64,000 bases of DNA from an uncultured Chloroflexia bacterium (GCA_963703575.1 CAVPEU010000008.1:193880-257879); one strand, 5' to 3'; numbered from the stretch's first letter, positions 1 through 9,894 are shown. Made by a program: numbers and translations. Notes: generated by a model from the letters alone, not told the origin.

Positions 1-218
1 ATGGATCGATACAGAAAGGGCATATGCCGATATCGGGATGCCGCGATGTCCGCGCGCGGCCGTCCGCCGGGCCCGACCGCGGCGGCGGGATCAGGACGCC
101 GGCGGCAGCGCCGTATCGGTCCCGGGCGCGGACCCGCCGAACGTGGCGTCCACGGCGGCACGCACCTCGACGGGGACGCTCCGCGTGGGCATCTGGGCTC
201 CCTTCTCGTTCGCGGGAC

Positions 219-1937
219 TCAGGTCTTCGGGGTCAGCGGCCATGCGGCGCCCTCCGGGACGTCGGGTACCCGGCTCGTCGGCAGGTGGAGGAACGGGGTC
301 GTGACCGGCAGCACCTGCTGGGTGTGGCAGCGCGCGCAATAGACCGGCTGGTGGCAGTAGGCGCAGGCGGTGTTGCCCTGCGCGCGGATGACGGCCGCGT
401 GGTTCGTGGCCATGGTGTCGTGGTCGACGGTGACCGCACCGGTGGAGTGGCAGTTCACGCAGTAGTCACGGGCGTGGCATTCGCCACACGTCGTGCCGCC
501 CGGATCCAGGCTGGTGGCGACGCTCCGGTGGTTGAACACCCACAGCCTGTCCGAGGTGTGCGTGCTGGGCGGCTGTCCCAGCGGCAGGCTGGCGACCGCG
601 GGTCCGAGCTGCGGGAACGTGTGGCAGGTGTTGCACGTGGAGGGAATCGTCTTGCCGGTCACCGCGCCGTTCTCGACCAGGAAATGGCCGCCGTCGTGGC
701 AGCGGAAGCAGCCGGCGAAGTCCAGGTGCCCCAGGTTGTCCGGGTAGGTGCCGGCCGTGACCTTCATCTCCGGGGTCGCCGTGAGCCGGTACAGGACCTT
801 GATCTGCGCGATGGCCGTGTTGATCTGCGCGGCCTTGGTCTCGTACACGTTCGGGTAGCTCGTCTGGTAGAAGTTGCGGAGGCGGTCGATCGCGCTGTCC
901 GCGGCCGTGAAGTCCGGGTAGCTGTCCCACAGGATCCGCATCCCCTCGCGCTTGATGTACGGCAGGGTCGCGTCGATCGCGCCGGTGGACAGCTCATAGT
1001 CGAGACCCGTGCGCGGGTTCGGGATCCCGTGGCCCGCACGGTTGTGGCAGTCGTAGCAGCTCATCACGCGCATCGGCTCGGCGGCCTTGACGGCGTCGAT
1101 GTCCGGCTGCACGTCCTCGGCCACGGTGATCCTGTCCTGGGAGATGAACTCGTCGATCCCGCCGTCGGTCCGGGTCGCCGCGACGTAGTCGATCGAGGCC
1201 GCGTCCTTGCTCGTGGTGGAGTAGCTCACCTCGCGCAGCACGTGCCAGTGGACACTGCGGCTCACGTCGAAGGCGTCGCCGCCGCCGGGCCGGATCATGA
1301 GGCCCACGAACTGGCGGGTGTTGGTCTCGTCCTCGGAGAACAGGGTCTGGGTCTTGAGGCCCGTCAGGGCGCGCCGGAGCGGATCGTGGCATTTCGCGCA
1401 GGTATCGGAGGCGGCCGGCAGGTCGGCGTGGTCGGGGGGCGGGATCGGCGTCGGATACGTGCCCAGCACCATCTCGACCAGCTGGCGGGTGCCGTTGAGC
1501 TTGGACTTGATCCAGCCGGTGATTCCCGGCTCGACGTGGCACTCGGCGCAGGAGACGTCCTTGTGGGGGCCGGCGGCGTACGCGGCGAGCTCGGGCGCCA
1601 TGGAGTGGCAGCGGCCGCAGAAGTCGGCCGTCTCCGTCCAGTGGATCAGCGAGACGGCCGAGAACGCCGCCACGCCGCCCAGGCCGGCCAGGACGAGGAG
1701 CAGCGCGAACAGGCCGCCCCGCGAGCGGGGGAGCCGCGGCCGGCGCCCGCGCAGGTAGAACGGGGAACGATGGCCCGCGACGGGCGCCTCGGCCGGAGCC
1801 CCTTCGGCCGGAGCCCCTTCGACGGCGGTTGCGGCCGGCGCCGGGGCCGCCTCGCCGCCGGCGTCCGTCCCGCCGCCGGCGTCCATCGACGACGCGGGCC
1901 GGGGCGGCTCGGGGGCGGTCGCCGGGTCGTCCATCAA
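219..1937 (-). CDS. Membrane-anchored decahaem c-type cytochrome, NapC/NirT/NrfH-like N-terminal tetrahaem module plus six further haem sites
   Basis: Ten CxxCH motifs (CGRCH, CAECH, CAKCH, CYDCH, CFRCH, CNTCH, CGECH, CVNCH, CAYCH, CARCH). One N-terminal TM helix directly followed by CxxCH...CxxCH, as in NapC/NirT quinol dehydrogenases. Last gene of a minus-strand operon. Confidence 0.8.
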   Translation of the reverse strand: MMDDPATAPEPPRPASSMDAGGGTDAGGEAAPAPAATAVEGAPAEGAPAEAPVAGHRSPFYLRGRRPRLPRSRGGLFALLLVLAGLGGVAAFSAVSLIHWTETADFCGRCHSMAPELAAYAAGPHKDVSCAECHVEPGITGWIKSKLNGTRQLVEMVLGTYPTPIPPPDHADLPAASDTCAKCHDPLRRALTGLKTQTLFSEDETNTRQFVGLMIRPGGGDAFDVSRSVHWHVLREVSYSTTSKDAASIDYVAATRTDGGIDEFISQDRITVAEDVQPDIDAVKAAEPMRVMSCYDCHNRAGHGIPNPRTGLDYELSTGAIDATLPYIKREGMRILWDSYPDFTAADSAIDRLRNFYQTSYPNVYETKAAQINTAIAQIKVLYRLTATPEMKVTAGTYPDNLGHLDFAGCFRCHDGGHFLVENGAVTGKTIPSTCNTCHTFPQLGPAVASLPLGQPPSTHTSDRLWVFNHRSVATSLDPGGTTCGECHARDYCVNCHSTGAVTVDHDTMATNHAAVIRAQGNTACAYCHQPVYCARCHTQQVLPVTTPFLHLPTSRVPDVPEGAAWPLTPKT

Positions 1938-1941
1938 AGCC

Positions 1942-2538
1942 TCAGGGGATCAGGGCCGCGACCGCGCGGTCCATCTCGTCCCTGGGCAGCGCCCCGATCC
2001 GGATCTCGCGGATCCGGCCGTCGGCGCCGATGAAGAAGTGGGTCGGGATGCCCAGCGTCCGGTACGTGCCGGCGATCGCCGTGTTCTGGTCGACGACGAT
2101 GGGGAACGTCAGGCTGGCCCGCCCCGCGTACCCGGCGACGTCCGATGCGGGCTCGTTGATGAACACGGCCAGCACGACCAGGCCCTGGTCCCTGTACCTC
2201 TGGTAGGTGGCCTCCACGTCGGGCGCCTCGGCCCGGCAGTCCGGGCACCAGGACGCCCCGAACGTCAGCCACATGGGCTTGCCCGCGTAGTCCGCGAGCG
2301 AGACCGTCCTGCCGTCGTAGGTCGTGCCGCTGAAGCCCGGGGGCAGGGCGCCGACCGCCGGGGCGGTGCCTGCCACGTCGCCGGCAAGGTCCACCTTGGT
2401 GAAGCCGCTGGTGTCGGGGCCGCTGACCAGGAAGGCCACGACCCCGATCACGACGGCCGTGACGGCGATCACCACGATCGTCTGCAGCCGCCCAGCCCTG
2501 CGGCCGGAGGGCGGGGCGACGATGCCCGCAGCGCTCAT
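1942..2538 (-). CDS. resA: TlpA/ResA-family thiol-disulfide oxidoreductase (cytochrome c maturation)
   Basis: N-terminal TM anchor and thioredoxin fold with WCPDC active site. Sits directly between ccsA and the cytochrome gene. Confidence 0.8.
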   Translation of the reverse strand: MSAAGIVAPPSGRRAGRLQTIVVIAVTAVVIGVVAFLVSGPDTSGFTKVDLAGDVAGTAPAVGALPPGFSGTTYDGRTVSLADYAGKPMWLTFGASWCPDCRAEAPDVEATYQRYRDQGLVVLAVFINEPASDVAGYAGRASLTFPIVVDQNTAIAGTYRTLGIPTHFFIGADGRIREIRIGALPRDEMDRAVAALIP

Positions 2539-2566
2539 CCGGATCGCTCCCTTCGTCCCCGGGGGG

Positions 2567-3451
2567 TCAACCCAGGCCGGAGTAGCTGTGGAGCCCGCCG
2601 AAGAACAGGTTCCCGAAGTAGGTGAACAGCGTCGCCCCGAACCCGGCCACGAGCAGCCATGAGGCCCCCGACCCGCGCCAGCCGCGGACCACCCGCGCGT
2701 GGAGGTAGGCGCCGTAGATCAGCCACGTCACGAGCGAGGCGGTCTCCTTGGGGTCCCAGCTCCAGTAGCTGCCCCACGCGGTCTCGGCCCAGACCGCGCC
2801 GAGGATGATCGTGAGGGTCAGGAACGGGAACCCGACCACGACCGCGCGATAGCCGATCTCGTCGAGGATCTGCGGCTTGGGCAGGCCCCAGCGGCCACCG
2901 TCGGGCTGGGCCAGGTACAGCAGCGAGGCCGCGAAGGCGATCGAGAAGCTGCCGTAGGCGACGATCGCGACGGCAACGTGGACGGTGAGCAGCAGGTTGT
3001 TCTGCAGGGCGGGGACCAGGGGCTCGATGTCGGCCGGGATGGTCGCCGCGTAGAGCATCATCGCGAGCGCGACGGGCAGCGCCACCAGCGCCAGGAGCCG
3101 CTGGTGGTACGTGCGCTCGAACCACATGTAGGCGGTGAGGATCCCGAACCCGAACGCCATCGAGAACTCGTACATGTTGGCGAACGGGCCGTGGCCGGTG
3201 GCGACGGTGCGGAAGATCATGCTCGCGAGCAGCGCGAACACCGCCAGCCAGCCCAGGATCGTCGCGTAGCGCCCGATCGCGGCCGTGCGCGGGCCGGAGA
3301 TGAAGCCCATCGTGCCGCCGGTGGCCGGCATGCCGGCCGTCTGCAGGCGGGCGGCCCGGAGGCCGGACAGCGCATAGAACAGGTAGGCGATCGTCGCCAG
3401 GCCGGTGCTCAGCATGGCCGCGACGAAGGCGTATTCGGACATCTTTGCCAT
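2567..3451 (-). CDS. ccsA: Cytochrome c biogenesis protein CcsA/ResC (System II haem-handling subunit)
   Basis: Polytopic membrane protein with the tryptophan-rich WGSYWSWDPKE (WWD-like) motif. Confidence 0.85.
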   Translation of the reverse strand: MAKMSEYAFVAAMLSTGLATIAYLFYALSGLRAARLQTAGMPATGGTMGFISGPRTAAIGRYATILGWLAVFALLASMIFRTVATGHGPFANMYEFSMAFGFGILTAYMWFERTYHQRLLALVALPVALAMMLYAATIPADIEPLVPALQNNLLLTVHVAVAIVAYGSFSIAFAASLLYLAQPDGGRWGLPKPQILDEIGYRAVVVGFPFLTLTIILGAVWAETAWGSYWSWDPKETASLVTWLIYGAYLHARVVRGWRGSGASWLLVAGFGATLFTYFGNLFFGGLHSYSGLG

Positions 3452-3465
3452 GTCGTGGTTCTCCC

Positions 3466-5001
3466 TTAGGCCCGCGCGGGCGCCTGGAGCGCCGAGCGGA
3501 TGTCGTTCACGAGGCTCTCGAACTCGGTGCCGAGCGCCGCGTCGCGGCGCCCGAGGCTTGCCACCGCCAGCACCGCCCCACCGTTGGGCCGCGCGGCGAT
3601 CCGCGCCCAGACCCGGCGATGCGGCAGGAAGAAGGTGATGACGAAGCCGGTGAACAGGAGGAATGCGCCCAGCCAGACCAGCACCACGCCGGGATCGCGT
3701 GCGACGTTGAGGCCCGTGAACTTGCTCTCGCGGTCGAACGTGAACGTCAGGCCTGCGGCCGTGGCCGCCGTGCCCTGGTCCAGCACCTGGGTGGCGACCG
3801 GCGTGCTGCCGGTCGATCCGTACAGCTCCACTTGCACCTGGCCGGGCTTGATCTTGGCGTCGCCACTGCCCAGCGTCCCGACGACCCAGGCGACGTAGTC
3901 CGTGCCCGGGATGGCGATCGAGCCGACGGGCCGATCGTCACCGGTCGTGCGCCAGGCCAGCGGCACGCCGTCGGACAGGAGCGTGTTGCCCTTGGCGTCC
4001 TTGACCGTCATCACGGCCGCCGAGCCGAAGAAGGCCTGGTAGAAGCTCGTGTCGCCGTAGCGGAGCGGGTCGTTGACCCGGATCGTGTGGCGCGCGACCT
4101 CGCTGCCGTCCTTGTACAGGACGACCTGGCTCGCGTAGTCCTCGGGGGCGCCGGTGGCCGGGTAGTAGCTGTCCGTGAAGTCGATGAGCTGGAGGCTCAG
4201 CCCCTGCTCGGCCGCGACCGGAAGGGTGCTGCCCTCGGCGATCGTGAAGCTGCTGTCGCGGTAGCCGAAGGTGCTGCCGACGACCGCACCGGCGAGGATC
4301 ACGACCAGCGCGAGGTGGCCGGCCAGCGAAGCGAACGGCGCCCATCGGAAGCGGTCCGCGTACAGGTGGATCGTGCCGTCGTCCAGGCTCGCCGGCCGGT
4401 ACCGGCGACCGCGCAGGACGCCCTGGACGATCTCGAGCGTCTCGGCCGGCGTGTGCCGGACGACGATGGCCTCGTGCTGCGGCGCGTGCTCGAAGAAGGC
4501 CGGCCCGACGTCCACGCGGGGCTTCGTGGCCGTGCGCCACATGCCCGGCACGCGGTGGACGGAGCAGGCGACGAGGCTGATCGTCAGCGCCGCCACCAGC
4601 ACCCGGAAGATCACCGAGTTGAAGATCTGGAACAGCTGGAGCGCGTCGAACAGGCCGCTCACGTTGCTGTACCGCAGGTCGGGCGTCACCGCTCCGATCA
4701 CCGGCAGCGAGTGCAGCCAGCCCACGACCGGGACCGACATCGGCCCGATCTGCTTGAGCCAGCTCGACTTCGCGTCGGGATCGCTCATGACGCCCGGAGC
4801 CGCCTGGATGACCAGGGAGCCGACCAGCCCCAGCACCGCGAGGGCGAGGATGAGGACCATGGCGACCCGCATCGAGGTCAGGAGGTGCCACAGTCCTTCC
4901 AGCGCCCAGTCGACGCGGTCCATCAGGCCGTGGCCGGCCTCCACCGTCGCGGCCTGTGGGACCGTCGGCGGGAGCGGCCGGGTTCGAACTTCGTGGGCCA
5001 T
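3466..5001 (-). CDS. resB: Cytochrome c biogenesis protein ResB/Ccs1
   Basis: About 510 aa with N-terminal TM helices, a large soluble domain and a C-terminal TM segment. Immediately upstream of ccsA, the canonical System II pairing. Confidence 0.8.
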   Translation of the reverse strand: MAHEVRTRPLPPTVPQAATVEAGHGLMDRVDWALEGLWHLLTSMRVAMVLILALAVLGLVGSLVIQAAPGVMSDPDAKSSWLKQIGPMSVPVVGWLHSLPVIGAVTPDLRYSNVSGLFDALQLFQIFNSVIFRVLVAALTISLVACSVHRVPGMWRTATKPRVDVGPAFFEHAPQHEAIVVRHTPAETLEIVQGVLRGRRYRPASLDDGTIHLYADRFRWAPFASLAGHLALVVILAGAVVGSTFGYRDSSFTIAEGSTLPVAAEQGLSLQLIDFTDSYYPATGAPEDYASQVVLYKDGSEVARHTIRVNDPLRYGDTSFYQAFFGSAAVMTVKDAKGNTLLSDGVPLAWRTTGDDRPVGSIAIPGTDYVAWVVGTLGSGDAKIKPGQVQVELYGSTGSTPVATQVLDQGTAATAAGLTFTFDRESKFTGLNVARDPGVVLVWLGAFLLFTGFVITFFLPHRRVWARIAARPNGGAVLAVASLGRRDAALGTEFESLVNDIRSALQAPARA

Positions 5002-5013
5002 TCCGGCGACCTC

Positions 5014-5781
5014 CTACAGGCCGAACGGCGACCCGAGGGTCGCCAGCCGGCCGAGCGTGTTGGTGAGCATCAGCACGCCGACGGTCACGAGCAGCAGGCC
5101 CGTGACCATGGACACGGCATGGTTGTGGCGGCCGACCCAGGACAGCCGTCGGGAGACCCAGGAGGCGCCCAGGGCAACCGCCAGGAACGGGACCGCGAGA
5201 CCGGCCGCGTAGGCGACCAGGAGGACCGTCCCCTGGAGGACGCTCGCGGTCGCGGTGGCCAGCCCGAGGATCCCGCCCAGGATCGGGCCGATGCATGGGC
5301 TCCAGCCCGCCGCGAACAGCGTCCCGAACGCGAGCGAGCGCCCGTAGCCCGGTCTGCCGTTGCCGCCCGCGAGGGTGGCGACCGCGGAGCCCCCGTTGCC
5401 GCCGGCCATCACGAGCCCGCCGGCCATGGTGGGCATCAGGCGGGTGTCGCGCCACAGCGCCCGGACGTTTATCAGGCCCGCGACCTGGAGGCCGAGGAAC
5501 ACGAGGAGCGCGCCGCCGGCCATGTTCATCGTGCGCCGGTCGAGCACCAGGCCGATCGCGCCGACGGCGGCGTAGAAGGCGACGAACACCAGCGAGAAGC
5601 CGAGCACGAACGCGAGCCCGTGGAAGAAGGCGGTGCGGCGGCCGGCGGTGCCCTCGCCGGTCGCGCCGACCATGTAGCTGATGTACGCCGGCACGAGCGG
5701 GAGGCAGCACGGGGACGCGAACGACACCACGCCGCCGGTGAAGGCGATCGCGAGGCCGAGCGCGCTGCCCAGGTCCGTCAT
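5014..5781 (-). CDS. ccdA: Cytochrome c-type biogenesis protein CcdA (DsbD-like membrane thiol-disulfide transporter)
   Basis: Six-TM protein with paired Cys motifs (SPCCLPLVP, WSPCIGP). The real start is the internal MTDLGS methionine; the 5' extension of the reported ORF overlaps the upstream TPR gene in another frame. The start ATG overlaps that gene's stop (ATGA). Confidence 0.8.
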   Translation of the reverse strand: MTDLGSALGLAIAFTGGVVSFASPCCLPLVPAYISYMVGATGEGTAGRRTAFFHGLAFVLGFSLVFVAFYAAVGAIGLVLDRRTMNMAGGALLVFLGLQVAGLINVRALWRDTRLMPTMAGGLVMAGGNGGSAVATLAGGNGRPGYGRSLAFGTLFAAGWSPCIGPILGGILGLATATASVLQGTVLLVAYAAGLAVPFLAVALGASWVSRRLSWVGRHNHAVSMVTGLLLVTVGVLMLTNTLGRLATLGSPFGL

Positions 5782-6566
5782 GGCTGGGTGCTTGCCGCCG
5801 GGGAGGCCACGGGAGAGGGCGCCGGGCTGGCGGCGGGGGACGCGGCCGGCGAGGCTGCGCCCGACGGGGCACCCGACGCGTCCGGCAGCATCGAGGCGGC
5901 GGCCAGCGAGTCGAGGTGCGACTGTACGGTCTTCGCGAGCTGGGATGTCGGGTCGAGCGCGATGACCTTGTTCCACTCGCGCTGGACACCGGCCCAGTCG
6001 GGGGTCTGCTGGTTCAGGTACAGGAAGCCGAGATCGTAGTGCACCTCGACGTTCTTGGGCTCGATGGCGACGACCTGCTGCCAGGTCTTCTCGGCCGACG
6101 TCAGGTCGCCGAGATTGAAGCTCACGGCGCCCCGGGCGAGGAGCGCCTGGATGTTTTTCGGGTCGATCGCGAGCGCCTTGTCCAGCCACTGGCCGGCGAC
6201 GTTGTACTGGGTGCCGGCGTAGTACTCGTCCGCGAGGGCGAGCAGGGTGGCGGTGTCGTTCGGGTTGGCCGCGAGCTTCTCCATCAGGCCCGCGACCTTG
6301 GCCTCGTCGATCGTCGGGGCAGAGGGTGACGCCTGGGCGGCGACGGCGTTCGTCCCCGTCGCACCGCCGCCGCCGAGCGTGAAGGCGGCGAAGGCGATCC
6401 CGAGCACGACCGCGATGGCCGCCCCGCCCAGGACGATCTTCTTCCACGGACCGCCGTCCCGCGCCCGGGAGGCGGGTTCCGGGGCGACGGCTCCGGCGAG
6501 CGGCTTCGCCCGGTGCGCCCGCTCCTTCGCGTCGGACCGCATGTCCCGGTGCGCGCTGGGGGTCAC
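5778..6566 (-). CDS. Membrane-anchored TPR-repeat protein (CcmH/NrfG-like cytochrome maturation accessory)
   Basis: Single TM helix (KKIVLGGAAIAVVLGIAFAAF), TPR-like repeats and a Pro/Ala/Ser-rich C-terminal tail. First gene of the ccs operon. Confidence 0.6.
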   Translation of the reverse strand: MTPSAHRDMRSDAKERAHRAKPLAGAVAPEPASRARDGGPWKKIVLGGAAIAVVLGIAFAAFTLGGGGATGTNAVAAQASPSAPTIDEAKVAGLMEKLAANPNDTATLLALADEYYAGTQYNVAGQWLDKALAIDPKNIQALLARGAVSFNLGDLTSAEKTWQQVVAIEPKNVEVHYDLGFLYLNQQTPDWAGVQREWNKVIALDPTSQLAKTVQSHLDSLAAASMLPDASGAPSGAASPAASPAASPAPSPVASPAASTQP

Positions 6567-6594
6567 GGACGCGTAGAGCGCCTCCAGGTCGTCG

Positions 6595-7062
6595 TCATCG
6601 GGCTCGAGGGCTCGGCTCGGTCTCGGACTCGAGCTTGGTCTCGGGCTCGGCCCCCGTCTCGGGAGCGTCAGCCACGGCCGCGGCCGTGGCTGCGACGAGC
6701 TCGTTCGGGCGCGCAGGTGCCGCTGGAAGGATGTCCCGGCGGGCCGGAGGTGTCGCCGGCCCGCCGGGATCGACCCTCGGCGGCCTCGTCGGGCTCCTGA
6801 GGGCTGAGCCCCCGAGGCCGACTGGGTCGGTCAATTGGAGATACGCCGCATCGAGCGCCGCCGCCTGGGCGTGGGCCCAGCCGCGGATGCTCGAGGGCGC
6901 CGCCGCGAGGTACTCGCTCACGGCTTCGTGGGTGGTGTCGACGTCTTCGGGCGCGGCGCTGGGCGGCAGCCCGAGTCGCGCGAGCAGCTCGTTCTCCGCT
7001 GCGGCGCGGCCGCTGGGGGGCAGGGTGGGCGCGGTCATCCGCGGGATTCCCCGGGGACGCAC
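6595..7062 (-). CDS. Hypothetical low-complexity protein
   Basis: ORF only, Ala/Pro-rich, no recognisable domain. Positioned upstream of the ccs operon on the same strand. Confidence 0.25.
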   Translation of the reverse strand: MRPRGIPRMTAPTLPPSGRAAAENELLARLGLPPSAAPEDVDTTHEAVSEYLAAAPSSIRGWAHAQAAALDAAYLQLTDPVGLGGSALRSPTRPPRVDPGGPATPPARRDILPAAPARPNELVAATAAAVADAPETGAEPETKLESETEPSPRAR

Positions 7063-7292
7063 GCGACGAGGTCGCGCACCGGCTGGCGTTTCATCGTGGA
7101 GCCCTCATTCCGTGCCGCGGGGGACCGCGGCGTGACACCTGAGGGCATTGTCCGGAACGGGCACCCCTGCGCCCATCCGTCGGGACGCACATTTCGGCCG
7201 GGACCGGGCAGGGCTGTTGGGGGGAGAGAATTGAGACCCCCTGTATCGGTCGGTACAGGGGGTGGTCCGGCGGGCCCGCAAGGATCAGGGCG

Positions 7293-8366
7293 TCACGGGG
7301 CGAGGACCGCCGCGCCGTCGTGGCCGACGCCGTGGCAGGTGAGCGTGCAGGTGCCGGTCGTGGCGTCGTAGGCGATCGGCAACCCGTTGTACTGCACCAC
7401 GTCCGGCGCGAACTTCACCAGGCCGCGGGTGTCGCCGCTGGTCCCGTGGAGGTTGGAGTGGCACTCCGCGCACAGGGCGTTCCCCTCGCCGCCACCAGGA
7501 ACGTCGATGTCGGTGCCGCCGCTGCCGTAGGCGCCGATGCTCTGCAGGTGGAAGCCGTGCTTCGGGAAGTTGGTCCCGGTCGAAGTCCCCGTCGTGTCCT
7601 CGATGGCGGCCTGCTGCGCACCCGAGTGGCAGCTGTAGCAGAGGCCGAAGTCGGCGGCGCGGTAGGCCTCCCCGCTGAGTCGCAGTGGGCTCGCCCGGTA
7701 CACGCTGGACAGCAGGTACGGGTTCGACGCACGGTGCGAGGCGTGACATGAGGCGCAGACGTCGCTGGTCAGGCCGCTGACGATGTGCGGTGATGTCGGG
7801 TCCACGTTGGCGGACAGGCCGAGCAGCATCGGCCCTGCCAGGGCCTCGGGTGATGGTGATGCGCCCTGGGCGGCCGGAGCGACGCTCGACGATGGATCCG
7901 GGGATCCCGACGACGGCGCGGAGGACGGCTGGTCCACGATCGCGCCCGGGTCCGGCGAGGGCGACGGATCCACGACCGGCGAGGGCGACGGATCCACGAC
8001 CGGCGACGGCGACGGATCCACGACCGGCGACGGCGACGGATCCACGACCGGCGACGGCGACGGATCCACGACCGGCGACGGCGACGGATCCACGACCGGC
8101 GACGGGGAGTCCGAAGCCGTCGGTTCGGGGGCCGGCGAGGGGGAGTCCGTCGGGCTCGCCACCGGCGACGTCGCCGAGGGATCCGGTGTCGGATCGGTGG
8201 CCGACACAGCCGGCACCGCAGGCGCGAACGTCGCGAGAGCGGCAGCCGCCACCAGCCACACTCCGAAGAGCGGGCCTGCGCGGCGGGTGATCCCTGCGTT
8301 CACGTTCGTGGGACGTCCTCTGGTGTGTGGGTTCGGACGGATCTCCCGGCTGGAGGCGTCCCCCAC
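7293..8366 (-). CDS. Secreted tetrahaem c-type cytochrome with Pro/Ser-rich (VDPSPSP)n linker
   Basis: Signal-peptide-like N-terminus (RRAGPLFGVWLVAAAALATFAPAVPAVSA) and a long PS-rich linker with six perfect VDPSPSP repeats. C-terminal domain has CASCH, CYSCH, CAECH and CTLTCH (CxxxCH). Confidence 0.7.
   Translation of the reverse strand: MGDASSREIRPNPHTRGRPTNVNAGITRRAGPLFGVWLVAAAALATFAPAVPAVSATDPTPDPSATSPVASPTDSPSPAPEPTASDSPSPVVDPSPSPVVDPSPSPVVDPSPSPVVDPSPSPVVDPSPSPVVDPSPSPDPGAIVDQPSSAPSSGSPDPSSSVAPAAQGASPSPEALAGPMLLGLSANVDPTSPHIVSGLTSDVCASCHASHRASNPYLLSSVYRASPLRLSGEAYRAADFGLCYSCHSGAQQAAIEDTTGTSTGTNFPKHGFHLQSIGAYGSGGTDIDVPGGGEGNALCAECHSNLHGTSGDTRGLVKFAPDVVQYNGLPIAYDATTGTCTLTCHGVGHDGAAVLAP
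7955..8101. repeat. Tandem repeat, 21 bp x 7, in-frame within the cytochrome gene
   Basis: Direct reading: ggcga(c/g)ggcgacggatccacgacc repeated head-to-tail; encodes the VDPSPSP linker. Confidence 0.9.
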
Positions 8367-8434
8367 CCGGGGGCTCGCTCCTGGCGGTCCGGAGGTGAAC
8401 CGGGACCGCCAGGAAGCCTGTTCTCAGTGGCTGG

Positions 8435-9833
8435 CTAGTTGCCGGGGGTCGGCAGGGGGCCGAGGTACGTGCCGGACGTCACGGTGCCCGTCGGGTCGTG
8501 GCAGAGCTGGCAGGTCCCACGGTTGTTGACCTTGAGCAGGCGGCTGTCGCTGGACACGACGCCGCTCGGGTCCTTGTACGTACTTGAGTTCGAGCCCGTC
8601 ATCAGCGCGTTCGAGCCGTGCTGGACATGGCACTGCTCGCAGCCGACGCGGGTCGTCCCGTGCTTGATCATGAACGTCGTGTCCGCGGAGTTGGCCGCGA
8701 GCGACGACGCCGTGAGGCTCTGGGTCGGGGCGGTTCCGGTGACCGTGCTGACGCCGTCGTACCGGGTGTGGCACTGGACGCACCACGCGGTCATCAGGCC
8801 GCCCTTGTTGCTCAGGCTGGACTGGGCGACCGGCAGTGGCAGGGCCGCCCCGGAGATCGGGTCGGTCGTCTTGCCGGCCGTCGCCAGGTCAGCGTTGTAC
8901 TGCGCGATCTCGGTGGTGTTGACCGGATACCGGAACGAGTACTGGAGGCCGTTGGCGTTGGTGTAGGTCTGGGTCTTGCTGATCCAGCCCGTGTTCATCG
9001 GGTCAGCGGGCGGGAGCGCGGCGCTGGTGGTCCAGGCCAGCGTGACCCCGGTCGGATCCCACTTGTAGCGCCAGTAGTCGCCATCGTGTTGCCCACGACG
9101 CCGGACGCCAGCCCGTCGGTGCTGGGCCGGATCGTGTAGTTGCGGAGGCCGGTGTACGCGGTGTCCTGGACCTGCACGCCACCGCTGTTGGTGACCTTGT
9201 AGGTCCCCGCCGTCGCCGTCAGGCTCGGAGCGGTCTGGAGGATCCGGTACTGCCCGTTCCCGTGCGGGTTGTGGCAGTTCGCGCACTCGAGGTCGACCGT
9301 CGCGCCGACGCCGCTGTTGACGGCGCCGTTGCCCCAGACCGTGCCGGTCCCGGCATGGGTCGAGGTCACCGGCTGACCCGGTGGGTGCCGGGGAGCGGCT
9401 GGACGTGGCCGATATTCCGGACGTGACCGCCGATCGTGTACGAGAGCCGCGCCGGGTTGGCGGAGTCGATCAGCGCGTAGCTGAAGCCGCCGCCCCGGAG
9501 TGCGCCCAGGACGGCGCCGGTGGCGCTCGCCGGGTCGTACTGCACGCCATGGACGACGTCGGCCGTCGCCTTGGTGCCGTTGTGGCAGTCCAGGCACAGG
9601 TTCGGCAGATCGTTCTTGAGCAGGCCCTCGGCCGTCGCCGTATGCGCTCTGTGGCATCCCGCACACGTGTCGGCGGTCAGCCCTGGGGTCCCGGTTCCGT
9701 TGTTGATGGCCATCTGGTGTGGACCACCGTCAGCGAGCACCGGCAGCGCGGCAACGAACAGCCAGAGGGCGCCGCCTGCAAAGAGGAGGGCGAATTTCCT
9801 CACTGTCATTACCTCAAGACGTGGCATGGATAG
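8435..9833 (-). pseudogene. Hexahaem c-type cytochrome gene broken by two frame changes (pseudogene or sequencing frameshifts)
   Basis: Three overlapping minus-strand ORFs (9366..9893, 8995..9666, 8435..9286) each carry CxxCH sites (CAGCH, CLDCH / CANCHNPH / CVQCH, CEQCH, CQLCH). The first has a signal peptide (MTVRKFALLFAGGALWLFVAALPVLA). Frames switch near 9375 and near 9085. Confidence 0.5.
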
Positions 9834-9894
9834 GATCGCCTGCGCTGCAGGCGTCATCGTTGTCCGCGGCTCCACCTCCCTCACTCCGTGCATG

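Noticed and set aside
24-2033. 669-aa plus-strand ORF, and similar very long ORFs throughout (e.g. 3445..6039 +, 3938..5989 -, 9520..11046 +, 13921..16077 +, 16128..17396 -, 17143..19242 +, 19194..20828 +, 21833..23101 +, 25840..27087 -, 27285..29546 -, 36300..37739 -, 37232..40216 -, 43433..45076 -, 46906..48489 +, 48807..50219 +, 51651..54146 +, 56566..58878 -, 57111..59078 +)
   Set aside because: Arg/Ala/Gly/Pro-rich translations lying antisense to, or frame-shifted over, genes with clear domain signatures. These are stop-codon-poor shadow ORFs expected at about 70% GC.
5782-6447. 5' extension of the CcdA ORF (MEEDRPGRGG...)
   Set aside because: Arg-rich nonsense translation that overlaps the real TPR gene in another frame. 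CcdA begins at the internal MTDLGS with an ATGA overlap.
7285-8259. Alternative-frame ORF over the Pro/Ser-linker cytochrome gene
   Set aside because: The frame with the signal peptide and CxxCH motifs (7293..8366) is the coding one. This frame gives an Arg/Gly-rich repeat artefact of the same minisatellite.
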